Of a stretch of 64,000 nucleotides of DNA, positions 27,713 to 41,329 are shown piece after piece (the stretch's first letter is position 1; the number at the start of each line of letters is the position of its first letter). The notes below the pieces were generated by a model. It ran no database searches. It was not told the DNA's origin and was given only the letters and a program-made list of their open reading frames with translations. Made by a program: the position numbers and the translations under genes. The stretch is from the NCBI GenBank assembly GCA_013115145.1, contig JAAPAO010000119.1, forward strand, positions 1-64,000, in the 5' to 3' direction. Source of the DNA: Perkinsus chesapeaki ATCC PRA-425. Its lineage: Eukaryota; Protista; Perkinsozoa.

Positions 27713-28460
27713 CTGCGTAAAAATATTTTTTGGCCCACAAACCTTCAAGATACAATCCGAACCCGCTTTTCGTATTCTTCCTAGTATCCCCAGAGTAAAA
27801 GCTATCGATTGGTGCATAGCATGTACTCATAACATTTCTAGATCATCGAGCTGCTGGATAATTTGCAGTTCGCACGCACGGTGTTAGTAATGTGAGAGTA
27901 CACGCTCCGCTCACTTCGCTCGCGCCCCCGCTGTTGGATGGTATTAATAATCTGCACACTTCTATCCTGGCTACGGTTTGCCTGTTTGTCAAATGGGCGC
28001 CGCGTTAGGATGAAAAGTTGCTTGTAAGTAATAGTATTTCGTCTAGAGCAGACCTGCTTCATTTGATTGAGCTTCTTGGTACACAAGAAAGAGAGATTGC
28101 AGTAATTGAAAAACAAAAGGAAGTTCCCAGAAAGAATGCATTTGCGGGACTGGAATTGGGTGCTCGACGGTATGGGACAGGAGTAACACAATGTTGATAA
28201 TATCTTATCACCAAATCTTGATACAGGTGATGGAAAAGATACGTGAACTAGTAATGTAGCAGGGAGTGGAAGTGCCAGTCTATATAGTACTATATTGTTG
28301 ACATTCCTTATATTATATTTTATTATTATCTTTATAGAATGCAATAGGTAATATTTATTAAAACTCATTACATTTCTATACCAGTATCCATCATATGCAG
28401 TTTCATTGAAAAGATAATTGCAATTATTATAGTATCTTATACTTGTAATTATAATCATAC

Positions 28461-28640
28461 GGTAATACTTGCAATAATACAGTAATACTTGCAATAATAC
28501 AGTAATACTTGTAATAATACAGTAATACTTGCAATAATACAGTAATACTTGTAATAATACAGTAATACTTGCAATAATACAGTAATACTCGCAATAATAA
28601 AGTAATACTTGTAATTATATAGTAATACTTGTAATTATAT
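28461..28640. repeat. 20-bp minisatellite, 9 copies
   Basis: Unit agtaatacttgcaataatac with c/t variants. Confidence 0.92.
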
Positions 28641-28701
28641 AAATTTATTTATCTCGCGCATTATCAGTGCTAATTTCCAAATTTTCGTGATAAGCTTCCA
28701 C

Positions 28702-31700
28702 AGGTGTTCCTATTACTTGCGGTCGTCTTGGCACTGTTGCCGATTTGGACTAAGCCAGGAATTGCCGGTGGAAAGGGAGGAGGTAGTAAAGCTGGTTTAG
28801 TCGGAAGTGATCATGCAGCGTTCTTTCTGTGATGAGGTAGACATTGCTGAAATTGGAGAGATAAATGTGAAAATAGACAAGTGAATCATTTTGGAAATCT
28901 CAATCCCGGCTTTACTTCGTGTTGAATGTTTTTGCTAGAGCGACCTCTGCTAGTAGATTCTCCCAAAAGGATGTATCGTCGGATTGGCCGTTATAGCGCT
29001 CTTCAATGAGTTTTCATCTCCTTACTAGCGCCGGCATCACCAACAGGTTCGTAGTATGCGACCGTTTGTTAGTCGACCCTTGTAGAGGCATACTTTTCCG
29101 GGAGGTCGAAACAGAACAGGCAGCCGCAGGAGAAGTTGTGTTAGTTACCGGCGTGAGTTGTTGATTCTGAACCCATCTCGAGGCTTTCCTGTAGGGTTCG
29201 GGGTTCATAGGCTCCAACTTAGTCGAAGATTTGCTGGAATTGGACTACCGTGTGAGAGTGTTTGATAATCTCGTTACTGGTAGTAATAATAGCGGATGAC
29301 GACGGGAAAGGTTTGGCTCTTATCCGATCGATCAGAGACCTCAAAGGTTACGTTGATTAAGGTGACCCTTACTTCACGTCGGTGCATTGCCTCTAACCGC
29401 CAATTGAATATAACAATTCTCTATTTAAACGATTTATACAAACTGGTCAGTCGGATAGTGTCTCTGTCACTCGCGACTGTGGTGGAATCTGCGAAGCTTG
29501 TGGCCTGCATTGTACAGTCAATCTTCGAATTGGAGGAATCTGCTTAGCGATCGAATTCGGATATGTCAGGGAACATACAGTACCTTCCGTTGGACCACCC
29601 ACGGTTGGAGTTTTACTTTGGTGATATCATGGATAGGAAGGAGCTCTGGAAGGCTATGAAAGGAGTTACTGGAATCATTCATCTAGCAGCCGCTAGTAAG
29701 GTGAGTCGGTCCTTGGGGGTGGCATCTTATGGGTAATCCGGCAATTGAAGGGCATGAAATGTAATTAGGGTGTGATATAATTCCATGATGATAATAATTA
29801 TAATAATAGTATAGCTAATCCTATACTGGCTTCTGTCTGCCTGGTGAAAGAGTGCTGCCCGAGAAAAAATAATAGTATAGAACTATTATTGGTGTTAGTA
29901 ACACCAACGTTATTAATTTGGTCGTAATATCCAATTGGTAATTGATCGAACTAATAGGTGGTTATTGCCGAGGGAATTCAACGAGGGCGATTCATTACTA
30001 AAGTTGTAGGATGCCGTGCGACGCTAAACCCCAACTCGTGGGATTCTCGGATTTAAAGCTCAAAGATGATGACTTGTTGTCAGGTCCTACCAAGCTTGAA
30101 AAACTCTACAATGGCAACGTTCAATGTAAATGTTAATTCAGTCGGTACTGCGAATGTCCTTGAGGTGGCTCAACAATCGGGGACGGTGAGTAAATGGAGG
30201 AGCTAGTTCTGCTGTATGATGGGCTTGGTAGGAGTATATCACTTGTAAAGGTTTTTGGTTAGTTACATCTAAGGCGTTTAATATTCACTTTTCCTTCAGT
30301 TGAGTCTCTGGCATGATCGCTGTAATATGATCATCCATGCCAGTGAACACCGAGATTGATAATGTGAACTTGCTCATAAAATACTATGACTTATTACCTA
30401 TCGCGAATTGGATATAAATATTATTACTCACTTCCGTGAAAGTTGTAGTAATATCGTCATGACACGCGCTGCCATATACGCATACATTGATATGATAAGC
30501 TAAATGTCAGGTTCAAAAGGTAGTTTTCGCTGCAAGTTCGACTTACTATGGCAACCAGGATTTACCTTATCGAGAATCTGATCACTTTGCGGTGAGTTAA
30601 TCGAATGCTTTCGAAGTACTAGTCGGAGCGGGCGCTCTCAGCTAAGCTTTGAATCAAAGAAGCCGTTGATTTCTGCGGTAAGTAGTCGCAGTATAACAGA
30701 TACGCCGATTAAGCAAATGGAAGGCTTCTCAACGTTCAGAGAGATTTGGCGACTTTCCTATAAAAAATTGGAGTTGGCAACTTTCCTATATAATGCTTGT
30801 ATTTGGTAATCGTCTTTCATACACCTTCCGATTTTCCTGAGTATGATACTAATAAGTAGATTACTTTTCCTCAGCCCTCAAGTCCTTATAGTGCCAGCAA
30901 AGCAATGGGAGAGCTGCAAATGCAAACCTTCGACAAGTAGCACCAAGGGCTCCTCTATAACCTTGCCGAGTGGGCAGCAAATCGACAAAAGTCCCTTAAA
31001 TTGGTTTTGATGAAGTATTAATGTAAATACCCTCAGTGGTAGTGGCAGGCAAAGAAACGGACCGAGATTGCGACATTCTGTGCCGAACGCTAGATTCAGC
31101 GGCGCAACGCGTTGTGCGATTAGGGACAGTGCAGGGCGACTTGGTTTTAGTTTCCGGAGTTTAATTAGGGAGTTGTCCGCTTCTTGAAAGAAACGCACAA
31201 TCGAAATTTTTTCTTTTCTGTCCATGGCCTCTCGTGGATGTAATCAATATTAGATTTTTCAAATTAGAAGATTCCACTTTCGGATTGATTATTTAATTGC
31301 CAATACTACTAGTTACGACAGCTAGAATGTTAGCTCTAGGCCAATGCATTGATGAGAAGTGATGGAAGGTTCGCGGCTCTCATCATCTATCTAGAACGTA
31401 TCAATTCAGTATAGTACGATTATTCTATCAGAAATTCCTCTATGACTCGCCTATCCGAAAAAGATACTCTTTGAATTCGCTATGTTGAATGCTTTCCTGT
31501 TTAGGATCTATAACCTCCCCACAGTATCGCTTCGCTTCTTTATGGTATATGGTCCTAGACAGCCTCGTAGTGGCGCGTATGCCATAGTAGCTGGTGTATT
31601 TGCTGGACAAAAGGAGAGAGGAGAACCTCTTACTGTTGAAGGTGGAACCGATAAGCTGATGACTGGCGTCATTGTTGCCGGTGCTTATTGTGCATGAAAT

Positions 31701-33236
31701 GAAAAGATATTATCGTCATTTGACTACTATTGAAATATTATACCGGATTGCTGTACCGCACCGATTGTAGGCACACAAGATGGAATGAGCTAACGACATG
31801 AATACACTCTATAACTTACTCAAATACGGTGTCTATCGTATGGTCGAAACAGACCTCCTAATTCTGCCTTTGATATAGAAAATGCCAGCGGGCAAGATGA
31901 TTCCCATTTCATATACGAATGGCTCATTTTTAGTACGCTTAAAGGCACCAAGTCGCTTTTTACGTGTGAAAGTCCAATTTCGTTTTTCAGGTGACGGTCT
32001 CCAGTTTCGTGATTTCGTCCACGTGAAAGATATTTCCCGAGGAATAGTTCTGGCGTACCAAAATGAGCGAGTTAGAGAAGGGCAACCGATCAATCTGGGC
32101 AGTGGGGAAGCTCGCACAGTTCAAGTGGGTAGAGGCTGAATATCTCTCGTCGACTAAAGCTCGCCAGGAACTGGCGGATTTGGTGTCATCAAATCAGCGA
32201 CGATTGCCTCCTCGAAAGAACGATCTTCGAGGAACGTTAGCTGATACTTGCCGAGCGAAGGACCTTTTGGGTAAGTATGGGAATTCGTAGCCCCTCATGC
32301 ATCTGCACGTCACCGTTGTCTACGGGGCGCCGGAAGTGCTGCGGACGCTATAATTTTGCTGTTCCATCGAGCTCAGAAGAGAGTATATATACTTCTTAGC
32401 TTTGGAAACCATCTGGAATAGTTTTTACCATGTATTAATTCAACCCGAGTACAAATTAGCCGTCCCTAAGATGGGCACTACCGAGGCGGTTTGTGCGGTA
32501 CTAACATTTCTGTATTCGATTGCGAGAGCGTTTGTCTTATTAAATTCGTCTAGGAAAAGTACATATACCCTTCAATTTTGGCATCGCAAGGCGAACTACT
32601 TTGGGAGATAACTAAGAATTGGTAATTTCCTTAAGCACAGCGCACATACAATATATATGGCAACTATACCATCTCAATATATAATTAGTAGAAGCCCAGA
32701 AGGAATCGATAAAAATGAGAACATATAAGAAAAGGCTGGCTAAAATGGCTAAAAACCACTACGGGAGCGGCGGTATTACGTAGATGTATTGGCGGAGGAA
32801 ATTATGATAAACTTCATTATCAATAAAGTGGCTTTCCAGTGGTGGTTGGGTGAGAAAGTTGTATGATTGAAATGAATGAATCTGACAGGTGTTTTCAAGC
32901 TCTACTAGACAGTAAATCTACTGGGAATTCTGTTATCCGTTTTAGGATGGTCCATTAGGAGGGATTTCCGGACAGAGATGGGCCGCATTGTAAAAGATAC
33001 GCTTGCTGGAAAAGGCTTGTATTTAGCGAAGTGGTTTGAGAAGCCCGAGACGCTGCTGTGGCTCGAGAAAAAGATTCCTGGTGAGCTTGTTGGTTGCCAT
33101 GTGAACCGAGGTGAGCTCAGGATTCGGCAAGGCCGGTCACGATGAGCGAAACTCCATTATAGCTCAGCAATTGAAGATCCACGGCAATCGCTGGTTGGGG
33201 GACGCGCCAGGCCTTGAGCGATATTTACATGAATGA
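28702..33236 (+). CDS. NAD-dependent NDP-sugar epimerase/dehydratase (extended SDR) with N-terminal hydrophobic segment; start codon unresolved
   Basis: Exons give VLVTG|GSGFIGS, IIHLAA, FAASSTYYG, PSSPYSASK (YxxxK), RFFMVYGPRQ, EG|DGLQFRDFVHVKDI, INLGSG. Stop TGA at 33234-33236. The upstream exon reads VFLLLAVVLALLPIW. Confidence 0.85.
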
Positions 33237-33570
33237 TGTCTCCGTGTGGTCCCCTTCCGTGTGGTGTTTATCATGCGCATGCGTGCAACGATCTTTTGAC
33301 TAGGCGACGGTCTGTATTAAAAGACTCTGGGTCGTTTGCTGTTGAGCGCCTTAAGAACGCATTCTCGTTCGAACTTGTTTCGAACTGGACTGAGCTGGAT
33401 TGTTTCGGCGAGATCCAGTGGGTTTAGTCACTTCTCGGTCATCTGTGGCTCTTTGTTGATTTAACAGAGTCTGTTGTCTTTCACATTTCGGCACGAGCAG
33501 CGCAATTGACTACCCGAGCGACTTGATACTTATTCCTTTTATACCATTCTTCTATATATATATATTTATA

Positions 33571-36274
33571 ATGTCTGTTTTAACATACCAAATACGGTAC
33601 GCTGGCCGACGAATTGCCGTGGAGATTCCGCAAGATGCAAGCTACCGGGAGATGCAAGAGAAGATCTTCCAGGTTACTGGGGTTCCTATAGAGAGACAGG
33701 TAAGTCTGGATGGGTCAAGAAACTGCTAAGGACTGGCGGCTTTCGCGAAGCTAGAGGGAGAAAATTCGATTTCTTTGCACGATAGAGCAAACCCTAACCA
33801 GATAAGGAAGCTTGAGAAGCTTAGCCGGCTTTTCTTATCGCTGCTTAACCAGAACCACATAAAGCTACTGTTTTGATAATGTCGCATGTGAAGTGTAGTA
33901 GCGATTGAGATGCAAGTGTCGCTGCTGAGAGGGTAGCCTATTGCATCATCCCTATTGGTTGCGCGGGTCTTTGCTGATATTTCGTGGGGGATCTTTTAGA
34001 TAAAATGCTATATTCGTTTGTATAGGGTATTGCTAATCGTTATCAGGTCATCTCGGTAGTGGGGTTTCCCTCAAAACGGCTGTTATTGCCGAAGCCGGAT
34101 ACGCCTGTATCATCACTTCATATAGGCAAAGACGATGTTTTAGCGCTTACGGCTAGTGAAGGTAAGGAGGAACCAAATCGATCGTCTAATCGATTTCTGG
34201 ATATCTTTCGCTGTGGCCACAGAGAAGCCAGTAAGCCAGGAATCATTCTGCCCTCATGCAGGGGACATGTATTCTTATCAGGACCCTCAGAAGCATCAAG
34301 TGGCTCGACCGCTGTGTCGCGGTCTCAATCAGATGTTGCTAAGGCGAGATTCCCTATACTGGATCCGGAGCTAGTAGGAAATTCCGGCGGAAGGATTCTC
34401 TGAAATAAATTAAAATTCGGAGCAATATTTTTGTGGCGGTGCAGAACCCTCATTCGTCAGGCTCCATATCAGGTAGACCTAACCAAATTCCACAGAGAGC
34501 CTGTGGCTGGTGATAATTCATGCCTATTCACCGCTGTTATTCGATCATTGAAATTGAACGGAATGTCTACACGAGATCTCCGTGGCATTGTTGCTCGAAC
34601 GATCGAAGCCAACCCTGAGCGGTACACGGAAGCTGTGCTCGAGCAGCCGCCGAAAAAGTAAGTGGGCGGGAGACACCTTTGACACTAACGGGGTGACGCA
34701 TAATACTGGACTTCGGCGGATATGTGGGAGTAGGAGAAGAATTCTCGCGAGGAAAAAACAATTGTACTATCTTTATAGAGAATTAGGGGAAATCAGACTA
34801 TACACCGCGGTGTATATCTCTCACCATTTCCAACGTTATTTGCTCTGAATGTTAGTGGAATTTCACTTCTTTGCTCTTCCGTTACCTTGGCGGACTTCAT
34901 TTTTATAATACCGAATCCCCTATACTGGGAAGATGTATGTGCTGCAGCAGCAGGAGCAGCGTATTATATATTATATAGTGTAGATGATTTCTACTAGCCC
35001 CATAATAAAGTGCATACCGCCTTTCGTAAGCAAATGAATGGGAAAAGTATCTAATCAGTTCGCAGGGTAAAGTATGTACTTCAGCTCGCTACCATTTTAA
35101 TAAAAATCAGCGAGCTGAAGTAATAATTTTATCATCTGAATAGGCCTATTTAGTGGCATTTTATGGTTGCTATACCAAAAGGAATGTTGACTATTAGACT
35201 ATAGTTATACGGCAATGATTCGCTGGGGAAGCTTTGAGAGTCTACCGGGGGACCCTAGCACTGTTTTCTCGCTTTAGGTATTCTAAATGGATCTGTAAGG
35301 ACACGTCATGGGGAGGCTATATTGAGCTAAGTATTTTAGCTCCACATTTTGGAGTGCAAATAAATACTATTGGCATTATGACGGGGCATTTTTATAAGTA
35401 AGTTCCCAGCGACATTTTTGTGTTCTATTAAGAGTCTGGTTAAGCTTTGACGGTCTAAGTGGATTTTTTGTCGTACTTCGTCGCATTACTGGTTGTATAT
35501 ACACTCTGGGTAAAAATGGAGCTTCTGAGTAGTTCCGTAAAATCCTGCTCGTTTTTTGCATCTTTCTGTTAGTCGGAGATAAGTTGTACGGCCCAACAGC
35601 ACAGCTTCAGTCACCTTTCCACCGTAATCTGATTCACATTGATTTCGAAGAGCATTGGCTCTTATCTTTTCGGTATAACTAGTAAATCTGGAGCTACAGG
35701 AATTGATAGTGGACAATCAGATGTCGGACCAAAAAGGAATAAATTTTATTTCAACTTCGGACCTAGGAACACATTTTCTAATAAAATTTCTCCAAATAGG
35801 GAGCATTCTTCGACTTTCTAGGAACATATTTCCGTGAGGCTCGACGATGATTGAGCCCGGCGTTCTATAGGTACCCGCAAGATGTCTCCGAGAATACCCC
35901 TTGCGTGTACCTGCTACATGACGGTAGCCGTGGTATTGCCAATAGTGTGAATTCCTTCTCTCTTTAGGCGCTCATTACGACTATGTAGCTTCGCAAAGCT
36001 TAGTTGATGATAGTCGGGTATCGATATTTTCCAGTAGTGACGCTCGAGTCGCCAAGGCAGCAAAGGGCGTGGCTGATGAGTTACGAAAGAGAAAACAGTA
36101 CATTCGGAATAGATTCCGCTCAGTTTTGAAACTCCTGTCAGGTTCACTGATTTCGGCGGGTTCACTTTGCAGTGTCAAGAGTGCTTCGCCCTGGTTATCG
36201 GTCAAGGTGGAGCGATCGAACATTCTCGCCAGACTGGCCATTCTCGTTTTCAAGAGATATCTCAGGGCTTGTGA
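33571..36274 (+). CDS. OTU1: OTU1/YOD1-type deubiquitinase (Ubl + OTU + C2H2 zinc finger)
   Basis: N-terminal Ubl-like exons, catalytic GDNSCLF, SWGGYIEL, YLLHDG|AHYD, and terminal FTLQCQEC...EHSRQTGHSRF. Confidence 0.88.
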
Positions 36275-36794
36275 TTCCAGCTACTGCTTGTGTTGTTACT
36301 GCGCTGTTTTTGTGGGGAGGACCGAAGTGGTCGTCATGTCCGATCATCGACATGAAATAAAATCGAATCTTCCGAATCTAACGCTAAGTAGTTTCGAGCT
36401 GGACGTGTGCCGTTGGATTTGAAAGTTCATTCCGCCCGTGCAAAAGTATGTAAAAAATTTGCGTCTTCTCCAGCGCGGAGTTCACCGATACTCAAGCGAA
36501 ATATATCTTCCCAGTCGTGTTTTACTGTATAAAATCCTACTCCGTATTCCCAGCTCTTTCTGGGGTGAAGGTTCGGTATTAGTTTGGTACTGCTATCGCA
36601 CTTTGTAAGGAACTATCGGCTGATCAACCCATCAGACAGACATCAGTGCGCTACTGCTGGCACAGGAAAGAGTTTGTCTTCCTTACTATCTAATATTAAT
36701 ATTTCTTAGAATTATTTTCAATATTTCTAATCTTCCTCATTTTCTGCGTTAGTTTTTTAATCTTGCAGTTTAACCTGTAGAAATCTATGCAGAA

Positions 36795-39700
36795 ATGCTC
36801 CTTGAAATCGGTAGCTGCGGTGATGCCTCGGCGAATGCAAATAGTAGCGATTCGCCGGTTGGTCGAGGCGTTTGGTCCAGATCACTCGGAATGGCGCTTA
36901 TGGCTAGAAGAAGTCAGCAAAGGCATGTCGAGCTCCTCGACAAAGTATGTCTTCCGATGACCGTTTCATACATTCGCACCGTAGCTGCATATAACCTTGC
37001 TCGGCTACAAACTGTGATGAGGAAAGCGCAAAGTTCCGTTCGGTTTTTGCATCTCGTAAAAACACACTGCGGCTCGCCCATCGCATCTCGTTAAAGTAGG
37101 GCCCGCTTTTCGTCTTTCTTAACGATCACATTTCCTACAAATCTTGGCCAGCCAGATCGTCAGATATTCCAACACATCTGTCAGGCTCTCGACTGATGCG
37201 GCCGCGGAGGCGTTGTTATCTTTGTATAGAATAAGGGATCACAATCCTGCCGTGACCGGTAGGTGCAGGGCACCCTTAGATCTCGAGTTCCTTCAGATAG
37301 AATAATGGCCTTTCTTAGCGACCAGTACTTCACTACAGATAAGAGTGATCCTCAGCACATAGTGGCATTGATTGAAGCTTGGGGTGAGCGACGGATAAAA
37401 GTGACGTTGTCACTGTCAGACTCGCCTTCAGGCTCCATTGACACGTCTGTCTGGGATGCTAAAGCTTTGCGATGTCTCGAGAAGTCGGTTGATGAAGTAC
37501 TTGATCCAATTGCCTCGACTATGACCACCTTTCAACTCGTCACTTTGTGTGATTGCCTTTCTAAGATGGTCCAACGAGGGCTTGAAGTAAGGGCAACTCA
37601 ATACAGTGGAGCCGCCTAGTCTGCTTAATATGATCAAAAAAGGGATATTTTACGTAGATAACATTCTGTTACTGAAACCAGGCTGGAATACTAATCGTAT
37701 ATAGTTTCAGACCTGTAGTACTGGCAAGCTATTGGTTATAGTTTTTACCAAAAGTTGCCTGTTCCTTAATTACGCAAAACTCGAGCCACGTTATAATTCA
37801 TCACTCTTCACAGCTCTAGAATTGACTTATACACTCTTCAAGGGAATGCAAACACTGTAACTTCGTGAAATTTTCTGAAGAAGAATAACTTCCCTCGCCA
37901 GCTAGTGCATATATCGCAACACTGACCAAAACACCCGCGGGACATGCGGACTAGTTTTGGATCTTCTGGCGCTCCTCATGCTTCTTTTTAGATTGACCCT
38001 ATGGTCGTTGCTAAGCTGGCCGAGTTTCTACGGACCAACGTAATCGTACACCGCCGTTAGTTTGGTTATCGTTACTCAATCAGATGAGGGAACTGACGGA
38101 CACCCAGCAATTGCCTGTCTTGTCGCACGCTTTTGCAATCATGCTCAGTGCCCCCGAAACGGCCAAAGAAAATAAAGAAGTAAAACGCGTTTAATGGGGT
38201 TCGAACCTGTGCGGAAATTCCCTTTTAGGTTGTCAGAATGCTATCGGTTCTGTGCGAGACCGCTAAAACAGTCTGGTTGCCTGAATTTAGCCTTAATGAG
38301 CTTTCAGCGCTGTTAACGACGCTACACCAATGCGGCGCTCCGGCCCAGGAGCTAGCTCGTGCGTCCGTTCCTGAGTTCGTCAGACTGCTCGAGGATGATT
38401 CCCAGGAGATCACAGGTAAGCTTCCCTTGGTAGGATTCGAACCTGCAGCCTCACGATGTTGAGCCGTGTCGCTCAGGTCTTATCCTAGGCAGCATCACAC
38501 TACCGTTACTGAAGCTGACCGGGCGGGTCGAAGAGACAGTTGTTGCCGCTGTAGCACGGCGACTTGGTAGGTCTATCGGGTTTTAGTTCGGCATGAACGC
38601 TCCTCTAGAATGCTTTGAGATATATTCCCTATAATGCAACGAACTACACGTTGTCAGTGACAATACCTCGACTGCTTTACACATATTTCTACAGTATCTT
38701 CGTCAAGAAAATTACTCATATCTTATTACTCAAATTCGCAGAATTTTTCCCCTCTTAAATTACGTTGTCTCCCTACTCCTTTCAGATCGTACCTCACCGT
38801 CGCTTCTATTGTCTCCACGATCCATCAGTAACATCCTGGCTGGCTCATGCGGTGATCGTCATTCTCACTCCACAACCGCTGGAGGTCTCCTCGAAAGCTT
38901 AGCTGGACGTTTAGATTCAACCGAGCCTATGGCTGCAATAGATGTGGGCATTCAAGCGCCACAAGACGCGTGCAACAGAATAGTGCCAGCTGGCAGCATC
39001 AAGCGCTGTTACGTCATTGGTTTTTAACTTAACGTTCAAGTTCAACCTTCAACTTCTTTGAGCTTCTCAGGAACTAGTATCAGATTTCAAGCTGAAAATC
39101 ATGTCGCTGGATGCTGTAGGCGTGTTCGTTTGAAAAAGGCAGAAAACATTTTTCCGATCCGTACAGTTAGTATGACATAGAACGATCGCATTTGTTTTGA
39201 GGCTGATGTTTAATATGAATAAAAGTATAATGATGTTGGTTTACAGTGTTTATATACTAGCAATTCATCACTGTATAAGTCTACAGTAACGACCAGGGAA
39301 CTATTTACCCTCAGAGATAGCGCTTTATCGGAAGTGGGCAGGTGATCCTGTTGTGGATATACAACTAAATTCAGATGAGAATATGATACTACTAGGAACT
39401 TTTAAGGCCAAAGAAAAGCAGGAGAACGTATAATGTTCCTGGAGGTGTGGAAATTATTAGAGTCCTGATGAGGCATATAAATTGCCGATCTTGCTGACGC
39501 GGGAATCTCAACCATGCAGTGTGACTTTCATATGGAATAAGACATACAAGCTATTAGTCTTGGCCGACACAGTGTGTCTCCCTTTTCAGAGTTTCAGTAT
39601 CCTTCGAGCATGTGGAGCAATACTTAAACCAGGGCAGGGAATTGGCGAGAGAACCAAGCGTTTGATAGGCATCTGCTGTGAACATCTCACCGAATCTCAC

Positions 39701-41329
39701 CGAGACTACGAGCCACGAACTCTGGTATTCTCATTACACATGTTGTCTCTGTTCTACCCTGACCAAAGCCTCCTGCGGGACCTTCTGCCGGTGACAGAGA
39801 AATTCCCCATTAATTTGCAAACCATGATTTTGGGAATCTGTGAGCGAGGCAAAGATGCCGAGTCGGCTGAAATAGTTCTGAGCCGAATAGCGAAGGTGAA
39901 ATGCCGAGACCCCGGCGAGGCCGCGAGAATCTTGAGGTCGATTTCACGTCTGCCGAGCGAGCTCTGGCAAAGATACGCGGTGCTGGTTAAAGAGCTGTCG
40001 AAATGCGCTTTGAAAGATACCAGGTCAAGCTCGCGAACCTTCGCGGTATGTTTGGCGCTCGCCAAGATGAAGCCCTCTCGCGAGGAAGTGTCAGAACTGA
40101 TGGAAAAAGTGATGCGAGCGATCATTGCTGCGGAGGACAAGCTCGACCTCGTCGATGCCGCCACGGCGACATCTATTCTTGTCCGGCTAACAGGGGAGGG
40201 GAGCAGTGCAGGTGAGCTCGAGTGCATCTTCACCTGAAAGTTGATACCTTGTAGGAACGGCCATTATGCTGCCCAGTCGCTTCTGTGACGCCGTGACAGA
40301 CTCAGTAATTTCTTGTATTCTGCGTGCGACCAGCGGTGGGTACGAATTACCTGGACGAGATCTTGATCGCATCGGACAATGTGAGTCTTTTTCACCACAG
40401 TCTGGTACCGTTCCCTTGTGCTTCGATACTCTGCCTCTAGCTCTCCTTCAATACTCGCTACATTCCTGCGAATCTCTCTAAGTGGTCTGCCGAAGCCCGC
40501 GGGCTGCCCCCAGCCCGTGGAGCTCGCCTTTGTTAATCAGGTCTCTCTGGTTTGGCCAAACTCCAGTTGCGTCCAGCTGATTCTGATGCGCTCGAGTTGT
40601 GCATTTCCTATTTGATAAACAGGGCGACAATGAAAACAGCACGGCACATTTTGAGTATACTTCACAGTGCTTGGAAACTTGATCTCAAAAAGGCCACCGA
40701 GGCAATCGAGGATAATGCCGTTGGAGTCGTATCCACCATCGATGCGGTGCGCACTATGTAAGCTATTCTCCCGCATATATTTCTATTTGCCTGGGTGTGA
40801 TCTTTAACCTCAATGTTTTGCTACTTTCAAGGATTTTCAAGTAGGTTTTTGCGAACGGTTTTTTCGGCAGCTACAAGGAAGAGTTGGGTGAGCGACGAAC
40901 ACGCCCTCGGCATGAAAAATTAAATTCGCAGACTATACGCTGGGTTGAAGGGTTTCAATCGAGCTGGTCAGATCGAAGGAACAATTTAAAAAATATCACC
41001 TTTTCTTATTTTCAAAGTGACGTATAAAGCTCGGGCACAGTAGTATTCTCCGTGTAACTTTACAGGGACTCGGCATGTCCGTGTCTTGCGTAATTTCGAG
41101 CGTCATATTTGCTAATGGCAGGATCTCGATGTTTCTTGTCTTCAGATACTGCCTGGCTTGTCTTGGTGTGCCTTCTGCCCGCATCTATCTCTCATCAGCC
41201 TTGCGTCCCGAGCTGACTTCTGTCGAGTCCTCTCAATTAATCACTGCACTGGCTGCAATTCACTTAGATTGTCCACGCATTGGACGCTTCCTCAACATTG
41301 AGCATTTGACAGTCGCCCTCGATTTGTAA
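36795..41329 (+). CDS. Multi-exon hypothetical protein, probably helical-repeat; ends approximate
   Basis: A chain of Leu/Ala-rich exon ORFs with GT-AG borders (e.g. 37263-37619, 38229-38415, 39600-40210, 40552-40761); no diagnostic motif recognised. Confidence 0.55.
38194..38212 (-). other. T-arm/B-box-like fragment in 49-nt intron 38180-38228
   Basis: Identical 19-mer to 9745-9763; flanking exons join as AKENKE|VVRML. Confidence 0.65.
38422..38468 (-). pseudogene. tRNA 3' two-thirds (anticodon arm to discriminator) filling 61-nt intron 38416-38476
   Basis: Minus strand CACGG CTCAACA TCGTG AGGCT GCAGG TTCGAAT CCTAC CAAGGGA A, with exact canonical spacing for positions 27-73 and a paired anticodon stem. 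Confidence 0.8.

Noticed and set aside
27838-28494. 218-aa minus-strand ORF
   Set aside because: Its N-terminal half is translated AT-rich minisatellite flank (Y/N/I-rich), with no motif. The + strand has exon-like pieces I could not assemble, so no gene was called.
28461-28640. Regular 20-bp repeats as a possible CRISPR array
   Set aside because: Units are head-to-tail with no unique spacers, and the context is eukaryotic. The same applies to 6446-6680.
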